Source: an uncultured Bacteroidales bacterium (GTDB lineage: Bacteria; Bacteroidota; Bacteroidia; Bacteroidales; ML635J-15). Taken from it: a DNA stretch of 46,356 nucleotides. Numbering within the stretch: position 1 is the stretch's first letter; every line of letters starts with the position of its first letter. The notes beneath the pieces were generated by a model. That model had not been told where the DNA came from, ran no database searches, and was given only the letters and a program-made list of their open reading frames with translations. Below are positions 45,186 through 46,356 of the stretch, piece after piece. Both the position numbers and the translations under genes were made by a program. The stretch covers positions 1 through 46,356 of the forward strand of contig CAZUQY010000001.1 of the NCBI GenBank assembly GCA_964622935.1, written 5' to 3'.

Positions 45186-46261
45186 AAAAGATTCTTGCAA
45201 TAGTTCAACACCGCACAGGACGATCTCCAGGACAAAGATTTCGTTTCGAACATTACATCCCATATTTGGAAGCAAATGGATATGAAATTGTTTTTTCAAA
45301 TATTATAAGTGAAAAAGATGATAATATTTTCTATTCCAAAGGCAAGTACTTTGCAAAACTAATGATTGTATTAAAATCTTTCAGACATCGCTTACAAGAC
45401 CTTAAAACTGCCAAAAATTGTGATTTAGTTTTTATCTACCGAGAGGCAGTTATGCTTGGCACAACTTATTTTGAGGAAAAACTATCAAAGCTAAACGTCC
45501 CCGTTATTTTTGATTTTGATGATTCTATCTGGCTAAACGACACCAGCGATGGCAACAAAAACCTAGCATGGATGAAAAAACCTAAAAAAACTGCCATCAT
45601 ATGCAAATATTCAAATCTAGTGATGGTTGGAAATCAATATTTGGCTGATTATGCAAAAAAAAACAATTCTAATGTTGAAATAATTCCGACAACAATAAAT
45701 ACAGAATACCATAAACCACAAAGGATAAAGACAATTGAAGATAAAATATGCATAGGCTGGACAGGGACGACAACAACACTTAAGCACTATTACACCTCTA
45801 TTCCTGTTCTTAAAAAAATTAAAGAAAAATATGGAGATAAGGTTTATTTTAAAGTCATTGTTAATTCAGAAGAATGGACAAAAGATCTTGATGTAAAGTT
45901 AGTAAAATGGACAAAAGAAGCCGAAATAAATGAACTCTGTGAATTTGACATCGGTATAATGCCATTGCCAGACAACGAATGGAGTAGAGGAAAATGTGGA
46001 TTTAAAGGTCTGCAATGCATGTCACTAAATATGCCGGTAATAATGTCTTCTGTTGGCGTTAATACCGAAATTATCGAAAATGGCAAAAATGGTTTCCTTG
46101 CTGACACCGACGAGTTATGGTTTGATTACCTCTGCCAGCTTATTGATTCTTTCGAACTCAGAAAATCTATTGGCGAAGCTGCTCGTAAAACAATCAAAGA
46201 AGCTTATTCAGTAGATGTTTGGGAGAAAAAGTTTTTGGCAGAAATTGAGAAGATGGTTTAG
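45182..46261 (+). CDS. Glycosyltransferase family 4 (group 1)
   Basis: 359 aa. GFKGLQCMSLNMPVIMSSVGVNTEIIENGKNGFLA is the typical GT4 C-terminal motif. The start overlaps the previous stop (ATGA at 45182-45185), which suggests translational coupling. Confidence 0.75.
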   Translation: MKKILAIVQHRTGRSPGQRFRFEHYIPYLEANGYEIVFSNIISEKDDNIFYSKGKYFAKLMIVLKSFRHRLQDLKTAKNCDLVFIYREAVMLGTTYFEEKLSKLNVPVIFDFDDSIWLNDTSDGNKNLAWMKKPKKTAIICKYSNLVMVGNQYLADYAKKNNSNVEIIPTTINTEYHKPQRIKTIEDKICIGWTGTTTTLKHYYTSIPVLKKIKEKYGDKVYFKVIVNSEEWTKDLDVKLVKWTKEAEINELCEFDIGIMPLPDNEWSRGKCGFKGLQCMSLNMPVIMSSVGVNTEIIENGKNGFLADTDELWFDYLCQLIDSFELRKSIGEAARKTIKEAYSVDVWEKKFLAEIEKMV

Positions 46262-46307
46262 GGCTATTAACTGTTGGCTAATGTAATGTATATTTAATAT
46301 TATTTAT

Positions 46308-46356
46308 ATGAGAGATTTTAAAAAGCTTAATATTTGGCAAAACTCGATTACATTAG
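46308..46356 (+). CDS. Four-helix-bundle protein (23S rRNA intervening-sequence protein family), 3'-partial
   Basis: The ORF runs off the window. MRDFKKLNIWQNSITL matches the very conserved N-terminus of this family (M..F.(D/K)L.VWQK...L). Only 16 codons are visible. Confidence 0.5.
   Translation, partial: MRDFKKLNIWQNSITL

Noticed and set aside
45655-45663. A9 run inside the second glycosyltransferase gene (and a T10 run at 35638-35647 at the end of a Wzz gene) as phase-variation tracts
   Set aside because: Homopolymers of this length are expected in a genome this AT-rich because they encode Lys runs. The Wzz tract sits at the last codons, where slippage would have little effect.

Overview
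AT-rich chromosomal segment that looks like a Bacteroidota genome. The pointers are type A and type B T9SS C-terminal sorting domains, SprB repeats, TAnnTTTG -7 promoter boxes, a DUF2723 giant membrane protein, and a sigma54-activator / LptE-like / TPR / SecG block. I support about 36 protein genes, one tRNA-Gln(CTG) and several hairpin terminators. I saw no rRNA, CRISPR array, transposase, integrase or phage genes.

Content is mostly cell-surface and envelope functions:
- a tandemly duplicated two-gene secreted cassette (phosphoesterase-like protein plus a beta-propeller T9SS cargo), 2.2-8.0 kb
- an FG-GAP-like T9SS cargo
- a lipoprotein-cytochrome / DUF5777-like beta-barrel / cytochrome c operon, 13.1-15.2 kb
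- a 3245-aa adhesin with about 33 Ig-like modules, 8 SprB repeats and a type B sorting domain, 22.8-32.5 kb
- a co-directional Wzz-Wzz-O-antigen-ligase-like operon directly upstream of the adhesin
- DUF2723, a NodB deacetylase and two GT4 glycosyltransferases

Housekeeping genes include gdhA, secG and an MqnC-type radical SAM enzyme.

Observations most worth a second look:
1. The cytochrome/barrel operon, whose soluble-type cytochrome has no Met available as a haem ligand.
2. The mosaic 3,060-bp tandem duplication, with a perfect 560-bp tract beside a strongly diverged propeller region.
3. A Crp/Fnr regulator with an extra N-terminal sensor-like domain, and a perfect TTGAT-N4-ATCAA box between it and gdhA.
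4. Two inverted copies of a ~140-nt structured element with heptamer-periodic arms, plus a related octamer-periodic element.
5. Higher-order segmental duplication inside the giant adhesin, which has no adjacent PorP/SprF-type partner gene.

All homology calls come from motif recognition by eye. No searches were run.
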